A stretch of 64,000 nt of DNA from Tubulanus polymorphus (Eukaryota > Animalia > Nemertea). Under the pieces are notes generated by a model. That model saw only the letters and a list, made by a program, of their open reading frames with translations, did no database searches and was not told where the DNA came from. The position numbers were made by a program, and so were the translations under genes. Shown here piece by piece: positions 13,201-25,200 of this stretch; within the stretch, counting starts at the first letter, position 1, and every line of letters starts with the position of its first letter. The stretch covers positions 11,792,962 through 11,856,961 of the forward strand of contig NC_134034.1 in NCBI RefSeq assembly GCF_964204645.1, read 5' to 3'.

Positions 13201-16200
13201 GTTGCAACAATCCGTTGCGTTGTATAGGCTGTAACGTTCTGGAAGTAGGATCGTTTCACCTAAGTCGCAATTCAAAACCGGACAAGTTTCGTTATTACAC
13301 TTCAGATTATTCGGACTTTCACAAATGCACCTCGAGCAAGAATCTGCTTTGACCGTTTCATTTACCTACAAAACAATAGTTTATCGGAATCAGAATATTT
13401 ACGGCGGCGTTTGTTTTAATAAATCGGAGCATTGGACAGGTCTCAGGTAAGCTTTGATTATTTAGGCGCAGGCGTCTATAATCAACTAATCAGTAAGAAA
13501 TCTGTTACGTACTTTGATGCATGCACCGTTTTCCAGCAGGCAACCGCTACAAGGTGGCACTGTAGTACTGACGGTGGTTAAAACTGGAGTGGTGGTCAGA
13601 ATAACGGTGCTCGAGGCAAACGATGTAACTGTCGTGTGAACTATTGTAGTTATTGTCGTAACGCTGAAATATAGTGCAATAATGAACAATCAACAGAGAT
13701 ATACCTATATACCTGTCCGTCAACTTCTAAAGTGCTATCAAATTCATTCCTGGCATCTTCCACGAATTACGTTTTCGGACATGGCTTATTGCAGCGACTC
13801 CCGTAGCGCGACGGAAACCCGGCTGGGCGCGTTATTAACTCACTTGTAGCCGAAAGGAGTCTGATTTTGAAAGTGTGATGCGCAGATATTGCCATTCGAG
13901 TTGAAAATGATCGGAATTTAACTTTTGCGAGAGGTTCGAACCCTCCTTCCCGATTACTATTTACTCGTGTGTAATAATCGAATTCGCAGAGGGTCACGAA
14001 AGTTGAGGCGAATGTATATAATTTCCAGTTGATGTAGTTCGGAAAGATATATCGAACGAAATACTTACCAACCGGTTGAGGTAGTATCCAAACCGCATTT
14101 TATACTGAGATCTTGCATGCATTCACATGTTCGGCACGGAATCTGTTTGTTGTCTGGTCCAATTTCAGGGAATATCGTTCCGACCTGACGGGGAAAAATG
14201 GCATCCATTCTTTGAACTATTCGTCCGATCAATGAAGATAATCATATACGATAAACGAACATAGGTGCGGCAAGGTGACGGGTAGAAATATACAATAGAA
14301 ATTGTTTTAAAAAAATGTGGAGGAAAAGATCATCAATTTATTAGCAGTTATATTATGCCCATTCCTACAGAATACATCAAATAAAACATTGCACAAAGAA
14401 GTCAGACATTAGTTCATTGACAAAGATGTTTGTGTAACTGTTGATGAGATGAATTGAAGCCGCACGCTGAGGCGTAGGCTGACCATTATGTATGCCCGAA
14501 CTTAGTGTAGAGAATGCGACCTCGGTATCTTCTTTGGAAATTTGCCCAAGTGCGAGTTCTGCTGTTTACACAACACAGGCATCGGTGATTCGTGAGATTA
14601 TTTCAGTGTATAACTGTTCCTGTTATGTTTTGTTTTTGTTTTAAAAACATGCTTTGTGTCTTTATTGCAACTGCTGCATTTGCTCTCTGTTTGTTCGCAT
14701 CTCGTCTGCATTCCTCTTTATCTCTGCTCTTATTTGCATATCCACCTCTTCTCTCATTAGCACTATCTGGTTTGTTCTGGTTGGTGTTCATTTTTTCTCT
14801 ATCCGCTCTTTTCTGGTTTGTATACGCTCCCCTAGTGTTTTGTATCTTGAAGCATGTGATATATCAGTTTGTTAGCACATCGTTTGATACGTATAATCAG
14901 TTCCTCATTCGTATTTATGTTTCTGATAATGAGTACAATATTGTGCTGTGTTTTATGCTTGTTTTAGTTCCGCTTGTGTCTTGAGTGAATGTAGTAAGTA
15001 ATACGTCTGGTATTTCGGTGTACTTGCCACACTACTATCACAAACAACTTACAACATGGGTATTTCCGTTTTTCATGCAGCGGCGTTCGCATTTCTTCCC
15101 GCCGCTGTGAACGTTGCAAAGATACGTGTCACCGTATTGCGCTGACGTGATGGTTTTCTCATAGTATTGTCCCGGTAGACATCTTTGAGTCACGTCACTG
15201 ATGCATTGGCTTAGCTGCTCATTTTTTACAGTAGCGGTGCCATCTTGGATGAAACCGGACGAATATTCACAAGTCATCACTTTCACGGGAGCGTCGCAAG
15301 GGAAAGTGCACGTTCTACGGGCGCACGATTTTTCTGTAACATTCAATTTCTTCCGTTTTATTCGAGTTTACTTCATTCTCTTGTCGATTTACATCAAAAA
15401 AGCAGTGGATACATCAATGAAAAGATTGGATACAATCTACCGGTGGACGAATGCCATTTCGATTTTCGCTGGCATTTATACACCAGGGGCCGGTTCCATA
15501 GTCGAGACTTAAGACCAAAATTGGTCTTAAATTTTATAACTTGTCTTTAGTTGTTAGATTGGGTATGGAACTAAGTTGGTGTTAGAACGGTCTTAAGTCT
15601 AAGCCCTTACTATGTAACTGGCCCCAGTTACTTACGATCGCAACTATTCAGCCACTGGCTCCCGGATTATCAAGTGCACAATATAAACAATGCGGTACAT
15701 AAAATCGTTATATTCAAGGAACGAAATAATCATGGACACAAAAAAACACAAATTTTTTTGTCGTTGATCGAAAATATTTGTACGAAGAAAGTTTCGATTG
15801 CATGGAGTGAATGAGTTGTATTGATATAAATATGACATGCCGGAAATCATCGTAATAAACAGGTTTCGTGTTGAACCTAATCGTATTGACAAGGTTCAAA
15901 TGTAAAAGCATCCGAATCATCGACAGTTTGTGTGTACTTACGAGATGTGTACTTTGTGTGTTGTTGTCTGTGCATACTTCCGTAGGTGGACAGGTATTTT
16001 GTTTTTGACAGAAAAGACGATTCGTTTTACCAACTGCCCGTATGCCTTCAGATACCTCGTCCGGGTTGCATTGCGCATCGCAACGAGACGGTCGAAAATC
16101 GAAGTTACCGATAAGTTTAGCTCGAAGGTCTTTATTGAGAAGAGCGTCGTAGCACGTGAACTTTTGTTCATTCGGCTTAAAGCATGGGAGCTTGCAACTG

Positions 16201-19200
16201 ATGACACCGTAGGTGCCCGTGGGACATGCTGAAAAGTATATAGTGTGTATGTAATGAAATGTTGTTCTGTATAGTACGAAGTAATCGTGGTTGATTCATA
16301 GATTAGGCTGACTAAGGGGGTGCTTGGGAGCCCTGCCTTCCCATAGAGGTTTGCCATTATCGTCAAAGACCTGGAAATTTGACTCCAGTCCCATCGAAAA
16401 TTTCATCCTTTCGGAATATCAGTTCAGGTGCTAAGACAACTGCTATCAATCCATGGTCACGTTAAGGATTAAATGGAATCTACCATATGCTGTGTACGTC
16501 TCAACAGCCTTATTTTAAATATCATTTCTGATATCAATTACATCTGATGTTTCAGGTTCAGAATGAACTTTCGTAACGGATTGTAATCTAATCATCCCGC
16601 GAGCTAAGAGGAAAAGTTTATCTATGGACGGATTCAAGTGTTATTTAGTTTACGAAAAGTATGGACTTTGTGAATGGACCTTCCAGATTTTCAGCGTATT
16701 CGGGTACCGGCACACGAGCTATTCCGTCAGGCCATCACTTAAGCTTCAGGCGTATGTTCTAATCCAAAATAAGAACAAAACTAGCGACACCTGGTTGATT
16801 CCGGAGGAATTTCGCCTGCTGCAGTAGCGTTGCGAGTAGCCCCAATTCAAATAAGTAATGTTTGAAACGGTTGATAACTAGCATGACTTGTAAGGTCATC
16901 AAGTCATGTTCAATTAAGGGTTGTTTGCTATGTAGCAGTTATGTTTGATTGAGGGTTATTTGCAATGTAGCAGTTATGTTCAATTAAGGGTTATTTGCAA
17001 ATGTAGCAGTTATGTTCAATAAAGGATTATTTGCTGTTTAGTAGTTACGTATTTTTCACTTACGCTTAGTAGTTGTTTGTGGAGGATTCGTCGGTGGAGA
17101 GTAGCAATCACAACATCCGGTAACATTATTCACTGTGTAATGATGCTGAAAAACGAGCAAAGAAAATTTCAAAATTCAAATTCCCAGTTCATTTTGGTTA
17201 CTCTTAAGGGATCTAGTATTTTTTTAACATCCATTCGGTTGACTAATAGTATATAAGTCGTGCCACTCGGTCATGTCGGTTTACCGATTCTGCCAAACTC
17301 TTTCAGTATATCGATCTATTCTGATGGTCTTTATTTCCAATTTTGCCAACTGAAGTGAAGTCTGTAGTCTTTGATGATGCAGTAGACACGTGTTTGCCTC
17401 GGGACCAGAAAGTTTTGCGAATTCCAGGGCAGTCGGAGTAGGGACGGGTCGCTAACACGATGAATTGGAGTATATGACAATTTGTAATTTATTATCCAGA
17501 GTACGCGATATTCCGAGGCAATCGACTCCAGGATAAAACGAAATCTATAATTTTGATTTACCTGAGCACATTCTATAGCACAGAATGATTCGTTTGCTAA
17601 CGTAGCCTTATTTCCTAATGTTCCATCAGGCAGACATTGTTGCTGGGAACAGCAGTGAGTGCTCGGGGTGCCTCCTGATGTACATTTTACTATAAGCTCT
17701 CCGGTAGTGTACGATTTTCCGTCAATTACGCATTCTATTTGAATTACGAAACAAGAATAAAGCATTTTGAATTATAAGAGAAGGTCTAATGATTGTTGAT
17801 GGACATTTAGTGCCAATCCGTTACGAACACCGGATATAACGTTTCAAAAAGGCTGACTTACGGTTCACGTTTATTGTAGAAGTACCTAGATCAAAAAATA
17901 TATGATCGCGTTGAAATGGCAATTTATTCAACCACTCTTAACAATTTGACTTATAGCTTTTGAAATTCGAATGTAATTTCATTCGTCTTGAACAGGAGTT
18001 GTGAGATGTTTATTCTAAATTGTAGATAATGTAATGACCAAGTCTTACCAGTTGGCGGAGTTGTTCCTGGCGCCGGTGTTCCTGGAGAGGTTGTTCCAGG
18101 CGGAGTTGTACTAGGTGTGGCTGTTACTGGAGTAGTTCCAACTGCAAGTGAAAATTGGATTTTATGGAGTTGATTGAAATGAAATATTCATCGATATATC
18201 AGAAGATTATCAGTGAATCAAACCTTGTTTTTCGTAACACGCTTTCACTGTAGTTTCAGATACTTCTGGGGTATTTCCTGTTTTAGACGGCGTTATGGTT
18301 ATTCGAATGTATGAACCAGGTACGCCATCTGGTGTCATCGTAGTTGTGTAATCTAGCTCAACTGGGCTTGATGTGTTTGGATCGGTTGGTGTGGTGACCT
18401 ATATTAAAAGAAAATGGGTGAAAATTGGGTTGATTTCCATTCAAACGAACTTAGCATAAGATAGAGAGCAATTCAAGTCTAAAGTCAATACACGTTCGCT
18501 TCAACATACCTTCCTGTTTTTCCAAGTCGTTTTATCAAGACTCGTTTCGACGACAACTTCATCAACATTCTTTACAACAACCGAAACATTGACAATTGTA
18601 ATCGGAGTACCAGGCTTGTTTTCAATCTCCAATGTTACGGTTGGTTTTTTATCAGCAGGTGTTGGTGACCAGACTTTTGGGCTTTTCTCAAAAACATCAG
18701 TTGATGTTTGTTGATTCGATGTTGTTGTCACTTTGACATCAGGACTGTTTGCATCGATGACAGTTTTCGTACAACGTTTTGCTAGATTGAGAACATTTTC
18801 AATTAGTTTTGATACAACTATTTTCTCTTATTTGTTGTTTGTACTCAATTGTCAATGTGCAAAGCTTACGTGTAGTTGTTGCTGGGGTTGAACCTGGAGG
18901 GGTTGTCCCTGGTGGGGTAGTCCCTGGTAGAGTAGTCCCTGGTGGGGTCGTTCCTGGTGAGGTAGTCCCTGGTGGGATTGTCCCTGGTGGGGTTGTCCCT
19001 GGAGGTGTTGTGCCTGGACTAGTTCCAACTGCAAGTGAGAATGAAGACACCACACAGTGGATTTAATGGTGTGGATGGGGATGAAATATTCAATATCAGA
19101 TAAATGTCAGTGAATCAAACCTTGTTTTTCGTAACACGCTTTCACTGTAGTTTCAGATACTTCTGGGGTATTTCCTGTTTTAGACGGCGTTATGGTTATT

Positions 19201-22200
19201 CGAATGTATGAACCAGGTACGCCATCTGGTGTCATCGTAGTTGTGTAATCTAGCTCAACTGGGCTTGATGTGTTTGGATCGGTTGGTGTGGTGACCTATA
19301 TTAAAAGAAAATGGGTGAAAATTGGGTTGATTTCCATTCAAACGAACTTAGCATAAGATAGAGAGCAATTCAAGTCTAAAGTCAATACACGTTCGCTTCA
19401 ACATACCTTCCTGTTTTTCCAAGTCGTTTTATCAACACTCGTTTCGACGACAACTTCATCAACATTCTTTACAACAACCGAAACATTGACAATTGTAATC
19501 GGAGTACCAGGCTTGTTTTCAATCTCCAATGTTACGGTTGGTGTTTTATCAGCAGGTGTTGGTGACCAGACTTTTGGACTTTTCTCAAAAACATCAGTTG
19601 ATGTTTGTTGATTCGATGTTGTTGTCACTTTGACATCAGGACTGTTTGCATCGATGACAGTTTTCGTACAACGTTTTGCTAGATTGAGAACATTTTCAAT
19701 TAGTTTTGATACAACTATTTTCTCTTATTTGTTGTTTGTACTCAATTGTCAATGTGCAAAGCTTACGTGTTGTTGTTGCTGGGGTTGAACCTGGAGGGGT
19801 TGTCCCTGGTGGGGTAGTCCCTGGTAGAGTAGTCCCTGGTGGGGTCGTTCCTGGTGAGGTAGTCCCTGGTGGGATTGTCCCTGGTGGGGTTGTCCCTGGA
19901 GGTGTTGTGCCTGGACTAGTTCCAACTGCAAGTGAGAATGAAGACACCACACAGTGGATTTAATGGTGTGGATGGGGATGAAATATTCAATATCAGATAA
20001 ATGTCAGTGAATCAAACCTTGTTTTTCGTAACACGCTTTCACTGTAGTTTCAGATACTTCTGGGGTATTTCCTGTTTTAGACGGCGTTATGGTTATTCGA
20101 ATGTATGAACCAGGTACGCCATCTGGTGTCATCGTAGTTGTGTAATCTAGCTCAACTGGGCTTGATGTGTTTGGATCGGTTGGTGTGGTGACCTATATTA
20201 AAAGAAAATTGGGTTGATTTCCATTCAAACGAACTTAGCATAAGATAGAGAGCAATTCAAGTCTAAAGTCAACACACGTTCGCTTCAACATACCTTCCTG
20301 TTTTTCCAAGTCGTTTTATCAAGACTCGTTTCGACGACAACTTCATCAACATTCTTTACAACAACCGAAACATTGACAATTGTAATCGGAGTACCAGGCT
20401 TGTTTTCAATCTCCAATGTTACGGTTGGTTTTTTATCAGCCGGTGTTGGTGACCAGACTTTTGGGCTTTTCTCAAAAACATCAGTTGATGTTTGTTGATT
20501 CGATGTTGTTGTCACTTTGACATCAGGACTGTTTGCATCGATGACAGTTTTCGTACAACGTTTTGCTAGATTGAGAACATTTTCAATTAGTAATGATTCA
20601 ATTCGCCGCTCTTATCTGGTTCCTATATTCAATTGACATTTTGCAAAGCTTACGCTGTGTTGTTGCTGGAGTTGAACTTGGAATAGTGGTTCCAGGCGTG
20701 GTTGTCCCTTGTGGGGTTGTTCCTGGAGTAGTTCCAACTGCAATTTAGAATGAATAGACCACACCGCGTAATATTTTATATCGATGATTGGAATTAAATA
20801 TTCATTGATATATCAGAAAAATGTCCGTAAATCAAACCTTGTTTTTCGTAACACGCTTTCACTGTAGTTTCAGATACTTCTGGTGTATTTCCTGTTTTAG
20901 ACGGCGTTATGGTTATTCGAATGTATGAACCGGTTTCGCCATCTGGTGGTGAAGTAGATCCATAACCAACGTCAACTGTGTTTGATGTGGTTGAATCTGT
21001 AGGTGTGACGACCTACATTAAAACAGATAGGTGAAAATTAGGTTAATTTTTATTTTAACGAACTTAGATTAAGATAGAGAGTAATTTATGTCTAAAGTCA
21101 GTGAAAGTTCGCTTCAAAATACCTTCTTGTTTTTCCAATTCAATCCATCAGGACTCGTTTCGACTACAACTTCATCAACATTCTTTACAACAACCGAAAC
21201 CTTGACAACTTTTACCGGAGTACCAGGCTTGTTTTGAATTTCCAATATTACGGTTGGTTTTGTATCAGCAGGTGTTGGGGACCAGACTTTTGGGCTTTTC
21301 TCAAAAACATCGGTTGAATTTGGTGAATTCGATGATGTTTCAACTTTGACATCAGTACTGGTAGCATCGATAACAGTGTGTTTACAATGTAATGCTAGAT
21401 TTAGAATATTTTCAATTAGTTTTGATACAACTATTTTCTCTTATTTGTTGTTTGTACTCAATTGTCAATGTGCAAAGCTTACGTGTTGTTGTTGCTGGGG
21501 TTGAACCTGGAGGGGTTGTCCCTGGTGGGGTAGTCCCTGGTAGAGTAGTCCCTGGTGGGGTCGTTCCTGGTGAGGTAGTCCCTGGTGGGATTGTCCCTGG
21601 TGGGGTTGTCCTTGGAGGTGTTGTGCCTGGACTAGTTCCAACTGCAAGTGAGAATGAAGACACCACACAGTGGATTTAATGGTGTGGATGGGGATGAAAT
21701 ATTCAATATCAGATAAATGTTAGTGAATCAAACCTTGTTTTTCGTAACACGCTTTCACTGTAGTTTCAGATACTTCTGGGGTATTTCCTGTTTTAGACGG
21801 CGTTATGGTTATTCGAATGTATGAACCAGGTACGCCATCTGGTGTCATCGTAGTTGTGTAATCTAGCTCAACTGGGCTTGATGTGTTTGGATCGGTTGGT
21901 GTGGTGACCTATATTAAAAGAAAATGGGTGAAAATTGGGTTGATTTCCATTCAAACGAACTTAGCATAAGATAGAGAGCAATTCAAGTCTAAAGTCAATA
22001 CACGTTCGCTTCAACATACCTTCCTGTTTTTCCAAGTCGTTTTATCAACACTCGTTTCGACGACAACTTCATCAACATTCTTTACAACAACCGAAACATT
22101 GACAATTGTAATCGGAGTACCAGGCTTGTTTTCAATCTCCAATGTTACGGTTGGTTTTTTATCAGCAGGTGTTGGTGACCAGACTTTTGGGCTTTTCTCA

Positions 22201-25200
22201 AAAACATCAGTTGATGTTTGTTGATTCGATGTTGTTGTCACTTTGACATCAGGACTGTTTGCATCGATGACAGTTTTCGTACAACGTTTTGCTAGATTGA
22301 GAACATTTTCAATTAGTTTTGATACAACTATTTTCTCTTATTTGTTGTTTGTACTCAATTGTCAATGTGCAAAGCTTACGTGTAGTTGTTGCTGGGGTTG
22401 AACCTGGAGGGGTTGTCCCTGGTGGGGTAGTCCCTGGTAGAGTAGTCCCTGGTGGGGTCGTTCCTGGTGAGGTAGTCCCTGGTGGGATTGTCCCTGGTGG
22501 GGTTGTCCCTGGAGGTGTTGTGCCTGGACTAGTTCCAACTGCAAGTGAGAATGAAGACACCACACAGTGGATTTAATGGTGTGGATGGGGATGAAATATT
22601 CAATATCAGATAAATGTCAGTGAATCAAACCTTGTTTTTCGTAACACGCTTTCACTGTAGTTTCAGATACTTCTGGGGTATTTCCTGTTTTAGACGGCGT
22701 TATGGTTATTCGAATGTATGAACCAGGTACGCCATCTGGTGTCATCGTAGTTGTGTAATCTAGCTCAACTGGGCTTGATGTGTTTGGATCGGTTGGTGTG
22801 GTGACCTATATTAAAAGAAAATGGGTGAAAATTGGGTTGATTTCCATTCAAACGAACTTAGCATAAGATAGAGAGCAATTCAAGTCTAAAGTCAATACAC
22901 GTTCGCTTCAACATACCTTCCTGTTTTTCCAAGTCGTTTTATCAACACTCGTTTCGACGACAACTTCATCAACATTCTTTACAACAACCGAAACATTGAC
23001 AATTGTAATCGGAGTACCAGGCTTGTTTTCAATCTCCAATGTTACGGTTGGTGTTTTATCAGCAGGTGTTGGTGACCAGACTTTTGGACTTTTCTCAAAA
23101 ACATCAGTTGATGTTTGTTGATTCGATGTTGTTGTCACTTTGACATCAGGACTGTTTGCATCGATGACAGTTTTCGTACAACGTTTTGCTAGATTGAGAA
23201 CATTTTCAATTAGTTTTGATACAACTATTTTCTCTTATTTGTTGTTTGTACTCAATTGTCAATGTGCAAAGCTTACGTGTTGTTGTTGCTGGGGTTGAAC
23301 CTGGAGGGGTTGTCCCTGGTGGGGTCGTTCCTGGTGAGGTAGTCCCTGGTGGGGTTGTCCCTGGTGGGGTTGTCCCTGGAGGAGTTGTGCCTGGAGTAGT
23401 TCCAACTGCAAGTGAGAATGAAGACACCACACAGTGGATTTAATGGTGTGGATGGGGATGAAATATTCAATATCAGATAAATGTCAGTGAATCAAACCTT
23501 GTTTTTCGTAACACGCTTTCACTGTAGTTTCAGATACTTCTGGGGTATTTCCTGTTTTAGAAGGCGTTATGGTTATTCGAATGTATGAACCAGGTACGCC
23601 ATCTGGTGTGATCGTAGTTGTGTAATCTAGCTCAACTGGGCTTGATGTGTTTGGATCGGTTGGTGTGGTGACCTATATTAAAAGAAAATGGGTGAAAATT
23701 GGGTTGATTTCCATTCAAACGAACTTAGCATAAGATAGAGAGCAATTCAAGTCTAAAGTCAATACACGTTCGCTTCAACATACCTTCCTGTTTTTCCAAG
23801 TCGTTTTATCAAGACTCGTTTCGACGACAACTTCATCAACATTCTTTACAACAACCGAAACATTGACAATTGTAATCGGAGTACCAGGCTTGTTTTCAAT
23901 CTCCAATGTTACGGTTGGTGTTTTATCAGCAGGTGTTGGTGACCAGACTTTTGGACTTTTCTCAAAAACATCAGTTGATGTTTGTTGATTCGATGTTGTT
24001 GTCACTTTGACATCAGGACTGTTTGCATCGATGACAGTTTTCGTACAACGTTTTGCTAGATTGAGAACATTTTCAATTAGTTATGATTCAATCATTTTCT
24101 CTTATTTGCTTTATAGATTTAACTGTTAATGTGCAAAGCTTACGTGTTGTTGTTGCTGGAGTTGAACGAGGAGGAGTTGTCCCTGGTGGGGTTGTCCCTC
24201 GAGGTGTTGTGCCTGGAGTAGTTCCAACTGCAAGTGAGAATGAAGACACCACACAGTGGATTTAATGGTGTGGATGGGGATGAAATATTCAATATCAGAT
24301 AAATGTCAGTGAATCAAACCTTGTTTTTCGTAACACGCTTTCACTGTAGTTTCAGATACTTCTGGGGTATTTCCTGTTTTAGACGGCGTTATGGTTATTC
24401 GAATGTATGAACCAGGTACGCCATCTGGTGTCATCGTAGTTGTGTAATCTAGCTCAACTGGGCTTGATGTGTTTGGATCGGTTGGTGTGGTGACCTATAT
24501 TAAAAGAAAATGGGTGAAAATTGGGTTGATTTCCATTCAAACGAACTTAGCATAAGATAGAGAGCAATTCAAGTCTAAAGTCAATACACGTTCGCTTCAA
24601 CATACCTTCCTGTTTTTCCAAGTCGTTTTATCAACACTCGTTTCGACGACAACTTCATCAACATTCTTTACAACAACCGAAACATTGACAATTGTAATCG
24701 GAGTACCAGGCTTGTTTTCAATCTCCAATGTTACGGTTGGTTTTTTATCAGCCGGTGTTGGTGACCAGACTTTTGGGCTTTTCTCAAAAACATCAGTTGA
24801 TGTTTGTTGATTCGATGTTGTTGTCACTTTGACATCAGGACTGTTTGCATCGATGACAGTTTTCGTACAACGTTTTGCTAGATTGAGAACATTTTCAATT
24901 AGTTTTGATACAACTATTTTCTCTTATTTGTTGTTTGTACTCAATTGTCAATGTGCAAAGCTTACGTGTAGTTGTTGCTGGGGTTGAACCTGGAGGGGTT
25001 GTCCCTGGTGGGGTAGTCCCTGGTAGAGTAGTCCCTGGTGGGGTCGTTCCTGGTGAGGTAGTCCCTGGTGGGGTTGTCCCTGGTGGGGTTGTCCCTGGAG
25101 GTGTTGTGCCTGGACTAGTTCCAACTGCAAGTGAGAATGAAGACACCACACAGTGGATTTAATGGTGTGGATGGGGATGAAATATTCAATATCAGATAAA

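Noticed and set aside
14400-14990. Compositionally skewed intronic segment with short ORFs
   Set aside because: Possibly a retroelement fragment, but there is no diagnostic motif.
18852-25151. Gln/His-rich QGQPH ORFs
   Set aside because: Alternative frame of the GTTPP exon; out of phase with the flanking exons.
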